Assembly (NCBI GenBank): GCA_965232515.1
Contig: CBDDPY010000002.1
Coordinates: forward strand, 4,032,001-4,096,000
Length of the DNA stretch: 64,000 nt
Source: Alphaproteobacteria bacterium
GTDB lineage: Bacteria; Pseudomonadota; Alphaproteobacteria; GCA-2731375
Direction of reading: 5' to 3'
How positions within the stretch are numbered: the first letter of the stretch is position 1; each line of letters starts with the position of its first letter. Below the pieces are notes generated by a model, which saw nothing but the letters and a program-made list of their open reading frames with translations, had not been told where the DNA came from and did no database searches. Of this stretch, positions 20,513-29,393 are shown one piece after another. The position numbers and the translations under genes were made by a program.

Positions 20513-22038
20513 TAAACCCGCTTCGATGCCCAGCGCGCCACCAGCGGCAGGGCCTGCGCGGCCTCGGGGAAGACGTCCATGAACATGTCGCGGTACCAGG
20601 CCGTCTCCGCCGCCGCGCCGGCCGCCGCCGGCGCCGCCGCGGCCAGCAGCCTGTCGGTGCCGCTGCCCTGATCGAACTGGGCCTTGCGGCGCCAGACGAT
20701 GTCGTCGGGCAGCAGATCGGCGAAGGCGCGGCGCAGGATCCATTTCTCGATCCCGTCGCCGCCGTCGGCCGCCGCGCGCAGCTTCAGCGCCGGGTCGATG
20801 CGCATGGCGAGATCGATCATCTCCAGGTCGAGATAGGGCACCCGCGCCTCCAGCCCATGCGCCATGGTCATCCGGTCGACGCGCTGCAGGTTGATGTTGT
20901 GCATGGCCGTGATCGACCGGCGCAGCTCGCGGCCGAGCCGGGCGCCGTCGGCATAGTCCTTGTGGTAGGCGTAGCCGGCGAACAGCTCGTCGGCGCCCTC
21001 GCCGGTCAGCACCACCTTGACCCGCTGCGCCGCCTCGCGGGCGACGAACCAGGTCGGCGCCGCGCTGCGCACCAGGTCGGCGTCGAACGATTCCAGGTGG
21101 TAGAGGATCTCCGGCAGCGCCCGCAACAGCTCGTCGGCGGGGATCACGTATTCGTGGTGCGTGGCGCCGATATGCCGGGCGACATGGCGCGCCGCGGCAA
21201 GGTCGTCGCTGCCCTCCAGGCCGACCGCGAAGGTGTGCAGCCGGTCGAGATGCCGTTTGGCGAGCGCGGCGATGATGCTGGAATCGAGCCCGCCCGACAG
21301 GAATGCGCCCAGCGGCACGTCGCTGCGCAGCCGCTTCACCACCGCCCGCTCCAGCGTCGCGCGCAGGCGCGCCGCCGCCGCCGCCGGATCGGTGAGCGCC
21401 GCGGTCGGCGCCGGCACGGCGTAATAGGGCGTCAGGCCGGCGCCGACATCGCTATCGTCGCCATCATCACCGCCGTCGCCGATGCCACCATCGATGCCGC
21501 CGTCGAAGACATGGCCCGGCGGAAACTCGCTGAGCGTGTCGACGCGGCCGGTCAGCGCCTTGATCTCGGACGCGAGGTAGAGCGCGTCGTCGCGGCGGCC
21601 GATATAGAGCGGCTTGATGCCGATCGGGTCGCGCGCCGCCAGCACCCGGCCGCGGTCGCTCAGCACGAAAGCGAACATGCCGTCCAGGCGCCGCACGAAG
21701 TCCGGCCCGTGGGCGCGACAGCCGTGCAGGATCGGCTCGGAATCGCTGCCCGTGCGAAACGTCGCCGCCGGCGTCCCGGCGGCGAGATCCGCGCGCAGCA
21801 CCGCGTCGTTGTAGATCATGCCGTTGGCGATCAGCGCCGCCGCGCCGTCGGCGGTGGCGAGCGGCTGCGCGCCGCCTTCAGGATCGATGATCGCCAGCCG
21901 CTTGTGGCCCAGCACGCCGCCGGCGCGGTCCAGCCGCCGGCCCTCGCCGTCCGGCCCGCGATGGGCCAGCCGCTCGAGCATCTCGCCGACAATCCCCTCG
22001 CCCCCCGCCGCCCCGCGCACGAACGCAATCCCGCACAT
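20512..22038 (-). CDS. Asparagine synthase-family glutamine amidotransferase
   Basis: MCGI, HRGPD, RLAIID, RDPIGIKPLY, LSGGLDSS, GEGADELFAGY, LEARVPYLD. Confidence 0.9.
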   Translation of the reverse strand: MCGIAFVRGAAGGEGIVGEMLERLAHRGPDGEGRRLDRAGGVLGHKRLAIIDPEGGAQPLATADGAAALIANGMIYNDAVLRADLAAGTPAATFRTGSDSEPILHGCRAHGPDFVRRLDGMFAFVLSDRGRVLAARDPIGIKPLYIGRRDDALYLASEIKALTGRVDTLSEFPPGHVFDGGIDGGIGDGGDDGDDSDVGAGLTPYYAVPAPTAALTDPAAAAARLRATLERAVVKRLRSDVPLGAFLSGGLDSSIIAALAKRHLDRLHTFAVGLEGSDDLAAARHVARHIGATHHEYVIPADELLRALPEILYHLESFDADLVRSAAPTWFVAREAAQRVKVVLTGEGADELFAGYAYHKDYADGARLGRELRRSITAMHNINLQRVDRMTMAHGLEARVPYLDLEMIDLAMRIDPALKLRAAADGGDGIEKWILRRAFADLLPDDIVWRRKAQFDQGSGTDRLLAAAAPAAAGAAAETAWYRDMFMDVFPEAAQALPLVARWASKRV

Positions 22039-22243
22039 CGCCCATCACCCCGCGCCCAAGACACCCACGCGGCCACCCCCACCGCCGCGCCGCCATCATA
22101 GGGACCAAGCCGTAATTGTCGAACGGCCCCTGCCGGGCCGCGGCGGCGAGAGGCCATCGAAACCGACGAACTGCTTCACACCTGCCGTGATCGGCACGTC
22201 GCGGCCTTTGCCGGACGCTTACCAACTGGTTCACGCAACGATT

Positions 22244-22260
22244 AGTGCACTGTCACCGTA
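22244..22260 (+). repeat. Left copy of 17-bp inverted repeat
   Basis: agtgcactgtcaccgta, exact reverse complement of 24412-24428; lies where GC content drops. Confidence 0.85.
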
Positions 22261-22289
22261 ATCGGCGTCCGACGGATCGAATTAGCGTT

Positions 22290-22526
22290 CTATTTTGGCG
22301 AATCGGGATCTTTCACCCAGACGGGGATGTCGGGACGAGTGAACCTCGCACCCGTGTTCGCTTGCATACAGTCCATCAGATATGGCGCCACGTCAGGTCT
22401 TTTCTCCAACGTGAGAGTTTCGCCCAGTTCTTGGGCAAACCATGCCACAGCGGTCGCATCGTCATTTGCATCAACCTGCATAAATGGATCGGTGAATGGC
22501 TCGCGCCACAGTCTGTAGACTGCCAT
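22290..22526 (-). CDS. Hypothetical protein (78 aa)
   Basis: ATG with AGGAGG RBS; no recognisable motif. Confidence 0.55.
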   Translation of the reverse strand: MAVYRLWREPFTDPFMQVDANDDATAVAWFAQELGETLTLEKRPDVAPYLMDCMQANTGARFTRPDIPVWVKDPDSPK

Positions 22527-22695
22527 GAAGCCCTCCTGCCAAGCCCCGTCACAATAGCCGCGTCAATCAGCGCAATCGCGAAACGCTACACTAGCGATGC
22601 AGTTAGTCTAAGCCTGAACTGCGCGCTCTCGATTTGACGATTTGGCACACCATCGTCGTTGTGGAAGAAAGAGCGAGAGGACCAATCGTTTGTGC

Positions 22696-23301
22696 TTAGG
22701 CGAGGCCCTGGGCAAGAAGAAATTTCGCCCAGAAGTCTTTTGCCACCGTGAACACATCGACAGCAGGTCGGTTGTCGCCGGCGGCATCCCTGATTTTGAG
22801 CCTATACGTCGTCGTTGTAGTTTCACGCCCCGATCCGTCAACGTTGGCCGTGCCCCGTACAGAGTTGGATAACAGGCTCGACGGTGCCGAAATCGTCGCG
22901 CTAGCTGTAGTTTCAACAACATCCGCCGGATAGAAATCTACCGTCATGTGCTTCGAGCCGTTGGCTACATCCTGGCATAGGCTTAGCTCAGGGCACTGCT
23001 GCCAAAGGAACCTTTTGAACCACATGGGCGGCATTCCCCGGTTCGCATCTGGTTTGGTTCTGGATGGTGACGTTGGTGCGACCAATAAATCTTGAGCCGA
23101 GACGTCGCTCTCGAACTTCGCCTTCCAACACCAGTCTACCAGGAGCCAAGCCGTGATCGCGGCATTAATGCCGTGGTCACTAATGCCATCACGTGAATGC
23201 GAAGCGCTTACTACGCGGGCAATCTCGCGCTCAAGCTTCGCAAGCATGCCGCGCGGCGCATCGAGCGCGAAAGATAAGCGTGCCGGCGTCGCCACGGCCA
23301 T
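22696..23301 (-). CDS. Hypothetical protein, HEPN-like
   Basis: INAAITAWLLVDW...CPELSLCQDVANGSKH pattern. Confidence 0.6.
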   Translation of the reverse strand: MAVATPARLSFALDAPRGMLAKLEREIARVVSASHSRDGISDHGINAAITAWLLVDWCWKAKFESDVSAQDLLVAPTSPSRTKPDANRGMPPMWFKRFLWQQCPELSLCQDVANGSKHMTVDFYPADVVETTASATISAPSSLLSNSVRGTANVDGSGRETTTTTYRLKIRDAAGDNRPAVDVFTVAKDFWAKFLLAQGLA

Positions 23302-23405
23302 CAGATTTTACCTTATTGTCCACCGTCACTTCCGAAACCGACGCCACAGTCGGGATGACGGAAACCCTTAGCATCCACAATGATGCCGACGTATATCGGC
23401 GACCG

Positions 23406-24248
23406 TCAATCCGGATCGACTGTACCGGTATTGCCAAGAGCTTTTTGGTCCCGCTGCTCTATTCTATTGCGTTTGGTTTCGGGCAACGAATCGTAGACAG
23501 CCTGCACATGTTTGGGTTCGCTGATCATTTTCTCAGCAATCAGGTTGACGAGCCGGAAAAGAGTTTCTGCTGTCCCTCGGTCATCCTTCAAATCAATCTG
23601 CCCTGGATGAACCGCTTCATTGCCGATAACCCGAACAGCATCCAATGACTGTTGCACTCGCGTATCCAAGCCTTTTTTAACGAGGTCCCCGATCCTGTCG
23701 TCCAGAGACTTTCCTTTCGCGTTCAACTCGACGCAGATCTTTTCGATGCACAGTCGCAACAATGCGGCTGCACCACGCGGTGAAAGATCGAGGATCGATC
23801 GAGCTTCTTCATAATCCGCACTGATCTCATCGGACAAATCTTCGTTCGGCGGCGGGCCGGTCCTTTCGGGTGGGAATAGAAGTCGGTCATGCACCCAAAC
23901 TGCAATCTCTCCGCATGTATAACATTTGCTCAGATGGAGATTTGCCGCCTGAGTTTCGCTGTAGCAAGTAGCTGCTCCTATGAAGAACACCCTTCCCGTC
24001 AAGTGCTGCTTTATCTGCCTAAGCACCTGATCATAAAGCTCCTTGTCTGGATGAGGCGCCTTTTCTATTCGATGCAAATCGTCCTGATCAGGAACCGTAG
24101 GTAAGGCTCCCTTATCCTTCTTCTGGACGAACAAGCAATACCAATACTGGTGCGTAAAAGCTCCGCAATGGGGGCAGCTAAAGGCTTCGGCCCTAATTGA
24201 AGGTGCCGCAGGGCCTCTCGTGTTTGGTGTTTCTTCGATGTTAGACAT
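23406..24248 (-). CDS. DUF4145 (HEPN-like) protein with N-terminal Zn-ribbon
   Basis: CPHC...CYTC, DYEEARSILDLSPRGAAALLRLCIEK, RVIGNEAVHPG. Confidence 0.85.
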   Translation of the reverse strand: MSNIEETPNTRGPAAPSIRAEAFSCPHCGAFTHQYWYCLFVQKKDKGALPTVPDQDDLHRIEKAPHPDKELYDQVLRQIKQHLTGRVFFIGAATCYSETQAANLHLSKCYTCGEIAVWVHDRLLFPPERTGPPPNEDLSDEISADYEEARSILDLSPRGAAALLRLCIEKICVELNAKGKSLDDRIGDLVKKGLDTRVQQSLDAVRVIGNEAVHPGQIDLKDDRGTAETLFRLVNLIAEKMISEPKHVQAVYDSLPETKRNRIEQRDQKALGNTGTVDPD

Positions 24249-24388
24249 GGAACGTCATTTTCAGATGCTGCGGATCAAACCGATTCGGTTGGAAAACCAC
24301 ACAAATTGCACATCCCATGATTGTAGCATGGTCCGATCTCGAAGCCGTGATGTCGGCTACTCTGCCAACGGATATAGGATCCATATTC

Positions 24389-24431
24389 GAATTATTGTGA
24401 CAGTGCTGAACTACGGTGACAGTGCACTCAA
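24389..24431 (-). repeat. Right copy of inverted repeat plus degenerate tandem copy
   Basis: gaattattgtgacagtgct followed by gaactacggtgacagtgcact (19-bp period). Confidence 0.85.
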
Positions 24432-24710
24432 CTTAAACTGGTTATGAGTTCGCGCACCAATTTGTACACCATCAACGTAATCCAGGAAGCCAGCGCCGCC
24501 CTAGAAATCACCGGCGATAATCCGTGCCATCACATCGTCGTCGAGATTGATGGTCGTATCCGCGACGTTGATCTACGTTGCGATGATGGTACGCGTCTTT
24601 CTGATCGATTTTCTTTCGCCATCCAATTAGATTACTGTTGCCTTAATCTTCGGTCTTTCCTGCGTTAATCGGCTGAATCCCGCATACAATTCATCAATAT
24701 TTCGGTCGCT

Positions 24711-25808
24711 CTACAACAAGATCCAAATCAAAATAAAAAACACAATAATAAATATAAAGCACCCGTTCAAAAAACTCGAAATACCGCTTCGATCTTGAAT
24801 ATTTGATTTCAATACACGTTCAACTTTTCGTATTTCACGCGCCATCTCTCGATTCCAGTTTTTTGGCAAGCTAAGCTCAATTGTTTCTGTTACAATAACT
24901 GGCTCATCACCTTGGCCACTCGTGAGTTCGTCTATGTTTTCAACAATATGATCCAGTTTGTCTGGGATAACCGAAAACTTATCCGCTTGCGACCCAAGAC
25001 AATCCTGCAACAGAGAAACTAGGCGCTCAAATTCCTCCGAAACTCTAACAAATCGAGTTCTCTCCTCGTGATGAACAATCTGCCGCAAGTTTTCATGAAT
25101 GAGGCGGCAAGTATGGTGTATCTCTTCGATGTCTCCTGCTTCGCCTAGTTCACCCCAACTTGCTGTCAAGCGATCCAACAAGCTTTCCATGGGCCCGACT
25201 AAAGACGTCATTTCGGCCATCCGGGACCGCATCCATTCGATCACTTCTTCGTCGGGAATCGTTTCTAAGGGATGCGTGTAATAGCCTCTCCGTAGATCTT
25301 CCAACTGACGAAAGAGCGGACGATTGAGATGCCGCAATAGCTCTGCGGTTAATCGCCATTCCCATCCAGGCGGCTTATCAATGACTATCCGGCGAACAAC
25401 AGGCGGGTATTGCGAAAACTCGGAAAGTAACTCACCTTCCAATTCTGCTCGAACCAGGTCGCTCTTGTTTCTCAATTTTGACGCGATTCGTTTCTCGTGC
25501 TCTTCGCGCCATTTGAAAAGCAGATCTTCAGGATAAAGACCAGTGTCGTGATCGACCTTCTTGTGACAATTGCGGCATAGCCAAATAGCATTCGTTATCT
25601 CGCCGCGTGCGGCGTCAGACATTTCTGCGACGTAACGTGCGCTTCCAGCGCGAGCACCTCGAATATGAGCGGCTTCCCCAATTAGCGTCGCTTTGTTGGG
25701 ATCTGAATTAGGGCCGATAGTCGACACTCCGCAATCTGGATTCGAGCAACAGAATCCAGCGCGCTTTGCCAGTGTTTCAATTGTCTTATTGCTAAAATCT
25801 GGATTCAT
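24711..25808 (-). CDS. HNH endonuclease-domain protein with C-terminal transmembrane helix
   Basis: CSNPDC...GEAAHI...NAIWLCRNCHKKVD; ends CFIFIIVFFILIWILL; AT-rich. Confidence 0.8.
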   Translation of the reverse strand: MNPDFSNKTIETLAKRAGFCCSNPDCGVSTIGPNSDPNKATLIGEAAHIRGARAGSARYVAEMSDAARGEITNAIWLCRNCHKKVDHDTGLYPEDLLFKWREEHEKRIASKLRNKSDLVRAELEGELLSEFSQYPPVVRRIVIDKPPGWEWRLTAELLRHLNRPLFRQLEDLRRGYYTHPLETIPDEEVIEWMRSRMAEMTSLVGPMESLLDRLTASWGELGEAGDIEEIHHTCRLIHENLRQIVHHEERTRFVRVSEEFERLVSLLQDCLGSQADKFSVIPDKLDHIVENIDELTSGQGDEPVIVTETIELSLPKNWNREMAREIRKVERVLKSNIQDRSGISSFLNGCFIFIIVFFILIWILL

Positions 25809-26021
25809 ACGAGTGCAAGATCGCTGATTAACCTAAAATCCTATCAGGCTTGCACCGAACTACCAAATATATTGATAATAAACATTTATCTTATCTATGT
25901 TATTATTTCATCTTATCTTCTTCACAATTCACTAAACGCAAGAGAACACCTCGCGTATTCGATTGATATACCAGTAGGTGCTGACCCCACTTTCATCCTG
26001 GCTGAGATGGCAATGCACTTT

Positions 26022-26113
26022 TCTTCGAGCGCCGTCGGTCGGACAGTCGTCCGCAGCGTAGTCACATATCGCAAGGGATTTGCGCCAGCTAGCGGCGAGA
26101 CGACGACCTTCAC
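26022..26113 (-). pseudogene. ParE/RelE toxin N-terminal remnant (frameshifted, truncated)
   Basis: VKVVVSPLA, then a shifted frame reading LAICDYAADDCPT; GTG overlaps the antitoxin stop. Confidence 0.6.
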
Positions 26114-26542
26114 GACGTGTGCTTTGGTGCCCGTTTCGCGATTTCCTCGGCGACCTTGTCAAGGTCGTAACAATCGTCCGGATGCGCATCGGCGTGTTCG
26201 ATCGCCGTCCGGATCTGCGCCTTTTTCCAGGCGAGATATTCGGGGTAGTCCGACTCCGGCTGCGGCGGCGTCGCCTCGTCGATTGTCCGCGGCTTGTCGT
26301 CCGGCATTGCTCGATCTCCGGGAATCACTAAGCCACGCACCGCCATCGATGCGTGCGCCATTCCTAAAGATCGCATATTTGTATTTCTAAGCAATCAATA
26401 AGCGTGGGAATTAGAGCGACGAACGCGCCGCCCAACCTTGGCGCCTTCGCGTCTTGGCGGTGAAAACCCGTTTGTTCTCTGCGCCTTCCCCGCCTCATCG
26501 GTTCCCCAAGCTTACTCCGCCGTCTCGGCCCGTTCCCCCGTC
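26102..26542. repeat. Direct repeat copy A (toxin start, antitoxin, short repeats, mscS 3' end)
   Basis: Aligns by eye with 27438-27887 over about 440 bp. Confidence 0.92.
26110..26307 (-). CDS. Putative antitoxin, copy A (65 aa)
   Basis: EYLAWKKAQIRTAIEHADAHPD; GTGA overlap with the toxin remnant. Confidence 0.65.
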   Translation of the reverse strand: MPDDKPRTIDEATPPQPESDYPEYLAWKKAQIRTAIEHADAHPDDCYDLDKVAEEIAKRAPKHTS

Positions 26543-26557
26543 CACGGCAACGCATCC

Positions 26558-27244
26558 CTATTCAGGACGCCAAGCCCACGCCAAAGGTGGCGGCAAACGC
26601 CCAGCGCAATAATCAATGCGCAGCGTCCGACGACCTGTCAGCCGTGCCGACGTCCGAGAACGATGCAGCGTCAGCGCCTTGACAAAAAGAACATCGCCGC
26701 GCTGGGCCCGGCAGATCTCAAGCGGCGCGGATCCGGCGACAACATCCGCGTCTCCCGCCTTCACCCGCCCATGCGCATGGCTGCCGAGGGCCAGCTCAAG
26801 GCAACCGTTTTGCGCGTCGGCATCGTCGAGATGAACCCGCGCGAAAATCATGTCGCGCAGGAAGTCGATCGGCGGCTCGACATGCCAGACCCCGGCTTTC
26901 CTTGTCCAGGCGTGGAAGCCGTCAACATCGTGCCTTTCCCGCACCGCGATCACCCGGTCCTGATGCCACGGCACGTTCCAGTTCAGATCCGTGGACTTGT
27001 TGAAGACGACAACGCGCACCGGCACCGCGCCGGGCAGAAGGCGTCGCGCCAAGTCTGTCAACCCGCTCCCGACTCCGACCGTCCGCGCCAGACCTTCATT
27101 CCAGTCCAACCGCGCTCCCGGCGCACCCGACACCTCGCAGGCCCGGTCCAACAACCTGAGATCGTCCGCGCCCAGCGCGCCCCGAAACCAGACCCGGCCG
27201 TCGCGCTCAAGGGCGGTTTCATCTGAACAAAATGGCGCTCCCAT
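26558..27244 (-). CDS. Phytanoyl-CoA dioxygenase-family protein
   Basis: FNKSTDLNWNVPWHQD, RVHLDD, LGSH, GDVLF..LTLHRS, RRTLRIDY. Confidence 0.85.
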   Translation of the reverse strand: MGAPFCSDETALERDGRVWFRGALGADDLRLLDRACEVSGAPGARLDWNEGLARTVGVGSGLTDLARRLLPGAVPVRVVVFNKSTDLNWNVPWHQDRVIAVRERHDVDGFHAWTRKAGVWHVEPPIDFLRDMIFARVHLDDADAQNGCLELALGSHAHGRVKAGDADVVAGSAPLEICRAQRGDVLFVKALTLHRSRTSARLTGRRTLRIDYCAGRLPPPLAWAWRPE

Positions 27245-27295
27245 GTTGTGCCCGTTAGGTCAGCGTCGTGACGAATTCGCCTAAATGCCTGGATG

Positions 27296-27346
27296 GAAGC
27301 CGGCGCGGGCTTCGTCCTCGACCATCTCCTTGATGCGGCAGGCGAG
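27296..27346 (-). repeat. Duplicated internal fragment of the mscS 3' region
   Basis: 48/51 identical to 27956-28006 (660-bp offset). Confidence 0.9.
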
Positions 27347-27349
27347 ACA

Positions 27350-27449
27350 TCAGGGCGCGTCCGGCCACTGTCGGCGTGTATGAATGATGCCAAGCATGCG
27401 GATCTGGTCCGGCTGAACGCGATAGACGACGCAATAGGACGACCTTCAC
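27350..27449 (-). pseudogene. ParE/RelE toxin remnant with internal deletion
   Basis: Start VKVV joined out of frame to the C-terminus YCVVYRVQPDQIRMLGIIHTRRQWPDAP*. Confidence 0.75.
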
Positions 27450-27887
27450 GACGCGTGCTCAGATGCCCGTTTCTCGATTACCTCGGCAACCTCGTCGAGG
27501 TCATAGCAATCGTCCGGATGTGCATCCGCGTGTTCGATCGCCGCCCGGATTCGCACCTTTTTCCAGGCGAGATATTCGGGATCGTCCGACTCCGGCTGTG
27601 GCGTCGTCGCCTCGTCGATGGTCCGCGGCTTGTCGTCCGGCATGGCTCGATCTCCGGAAATCATTGTACCACGCACCGCTGTCGATGCGTTTGCCACACC
27701 TTATGATCGTATATTTCTATTTCCAAGCAATCAATAAGAGCGCAACTTGCAGCGACGAAGGGGCTACTCTTTCTTGTCGTTCTTGGCGCCTTCGCGTCTT
27801 GGCGGTGAAAACCGTTTGTTCTCTGTGCCCTCGGCGCCCTCTGTGGTTCCCCAACCCTACTCCGCCGCCTCGGCCCGTTCCCCCGTC
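27438..27887. repeat. Direct repeat copy B
   Basis: Matches 26102-26542; ends inside the last codons of the intact mscS. Confidence 0.92.
27446..27643 (-). CDS. Putative antitoxin, copy B (65 aa)
   Basis: EYLAWKKVRIRAAIEHADAHPD; paralogue of 26110-26307. Confidence 0.65.
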   Translation of the reverse strand: MPDDKPRTIDEATTPQPESDDPEYLAWKKVRIRAAIEHADAHPDDCYDLDEVAEVIEKRASEHAS

Positions 27888-29026
27888 GGCGCTTCGAAGG
27901 CCTCGGGTTTGTCGAACGGCAGGGCCTCGACGTAGATCGAGCTCGACGGGAAGGCGAAGCCGGCGCCGGCTTCGTCCTCGACGATCTCCTTGATGCGGTA
28001 GGCGAGGCGTTCCTTGGCCTTCATCCACTCGCCCCAGTTCGTCGTCTTGGTGAAGCAGTAGAGCATGATGTCGATGCTGGAATCGTTGAACGAGTCCACG
28101 TGGATCAGCGTCGTCACGCGGGACCGGTCGGTCTCGAAATCGCCGTGTTCGTGGATGTAGCCGGTGATGCCGTCGACCACCTGGCGCAGCTGTTCCGTCG
28201 TCGTGCGGTATTCGAGGCCGATCTTCCAGTAGATCCGACGGTTGGTCATGCGGCTGAAATTGATCACCGCCTCGGAGGCGAGCTTGTTGTTGGGGATCGT
28301 CACCAGCGCCTTGTCGAAGCGGCGGATCTTGGTGGTGCGGAAGCCGATGTCCTCGACCGTGCCCTCGACATCGGGCGTGCGGATCCACTCGCCCTTCTCG
28401 AAGATATGGTCGAGGAAGATGCTGACGCCGGCGAACAGGTTGGCGATCAGGTTCTGGGCCCCGAAGGCGACGGCCATGCCGACGAGGCCGAGCCCGCCCA
28501 GCACGGCGGCGACGTTGAAGTCCCACTCCTCGAGCACGGCGACGATGCCGAGGCAGGCGATGACGAACTTGGCGAGCTTGGCGAAGAAGCCCTTCAGGCT
28601 GTCGCGCAGGCCGGTCGAGCCGAAGAGCGCCGTCGCCTTGTCCAGCAGGAACGACAGCGGGTCGACGCAGCGGTAGAGCGTCCAGAAGATCGTGAAGGCG
28701 ATCAGCGAGCGCACCAGCTTGTCGAGGATCTCCGTCACCTCGGTCGGGAACGGCGCCACGTGGCCGGCGGCATAGATGCCGATGATGACGAAGGCGAAGC
28801 GCAGCGGCTCGGACAAAGCCGCAATGATCTGGTCGTCGAGCGTGCTGCGGGTGCGCCGGGTCAGGACCTGCAGGAAGGCGATGATCGAGCGCGAGAACAG
28901 CCGGCGGGCGAACAGGAACAGGAAAAACACGGCGAGCGCGGTCAGGATCTCGCCGACGCTGACGCCGAGCACGCCCGTGCGCCAGACCGCCAGCACCTCC
29001 TGCCAGAATCCCTCGAATGTCTGCAT
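27857..29026 (-). CDS. mscS: MscS-family mechanosensitive channel
   Basis: GGLGLVGMAVAFGAQNLIAN, GTVEDIGFRTTKIR, IPN, FAFPS. Confidence 0.9.
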   Translation of the reverse strand: MQTFEGFWQEVLAVWRTGVLGVSVGEILTALAVFFLFLFARRLFSRSIIAFLQVLTRRTRSTLDDQIIAALSEPLRFAFVIIGIYAAGHVAPFPTEVTEILDKLVRSLIAFTIFWTLYRCVDPLSFLLDKATALFGSTGLRDSLKGFFAKLAKFVIACLGIVAVLEEWDFNVAAVLGGLGLVGMAVAFGAQNLIANLFAGVSIFLDHIFEKGEWIRTPDVEGTVEDIGFRTTKIRRFDKALVTIPNNKLASEAVINFSRMTNRRIYWKIGLEYRTTTEQLRQVVDGITGYIHEHGDFETDRSRVTTLIHVDSFNDSSIDIMLYCFTKTTNWGEWMKAKERLAYRIKEIVEDEAGAGFAFPSSSIYVEALPFDKPEAFEAPTGERAEAAE

Positions 29027-29123
29027 CACACCCCCGCGGTCCGCCCGCGCCTCTCGCTGTCGTTGCCGCCGTGCGTCCGGGCCACGCCCGTCACCCTTCC
29101 GGCCGCCGCCTTATTGGCCCGTC

Positions 29124-29211
29124 CTGGATTGCCGGGTCAAGCCCGGCAATGACGAGTGGCAGTGAAATCAATCGGTTAGTCGTCATACCCGTGCTCGACA
29201 CGGGCATCCAG
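29124..29211. repeat. REP-like palindrome doublet
   Basis: ctggattgccgggtcaagcccggcaatgacg ... cgtcatacccgtgctcgacacgggcatccag. Confidence 0.75.
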
Positions 29212-29393
29212 CGACCGGGATGGCGATGCCCGCAGGCCGCTGACGCACCTCCGGACACACCGCCAAAATCCCCATCATTTCGACACAAATCGAAATATCG
29301 CAACCCGTTGATCCAATTGAACTCTTTTTCCTTGACGTCCCTGTGCATGGGGTTGTTCCGCTGTTTCCCCCGCTTGACACCCCCCTCCCCCGA

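Noticed and set aside
25830-25960. Very AT-rich tract as a replication origin or small ORF
   Set aside because: No DnaA boxes or iterons seen; most simply the promoter region of the HNH gene
22241-26100. Integron cassette array or dif module
   Set aside because: No convincing attC (RYYYAAC...GTTRRRY) hairpins or XerC/D dif consensus between genes, and no intI
26102-27887. Direct repeat as an assembly artefact
   Set aside because: Copies differ by many substitutions and indels and have different toxin lesions
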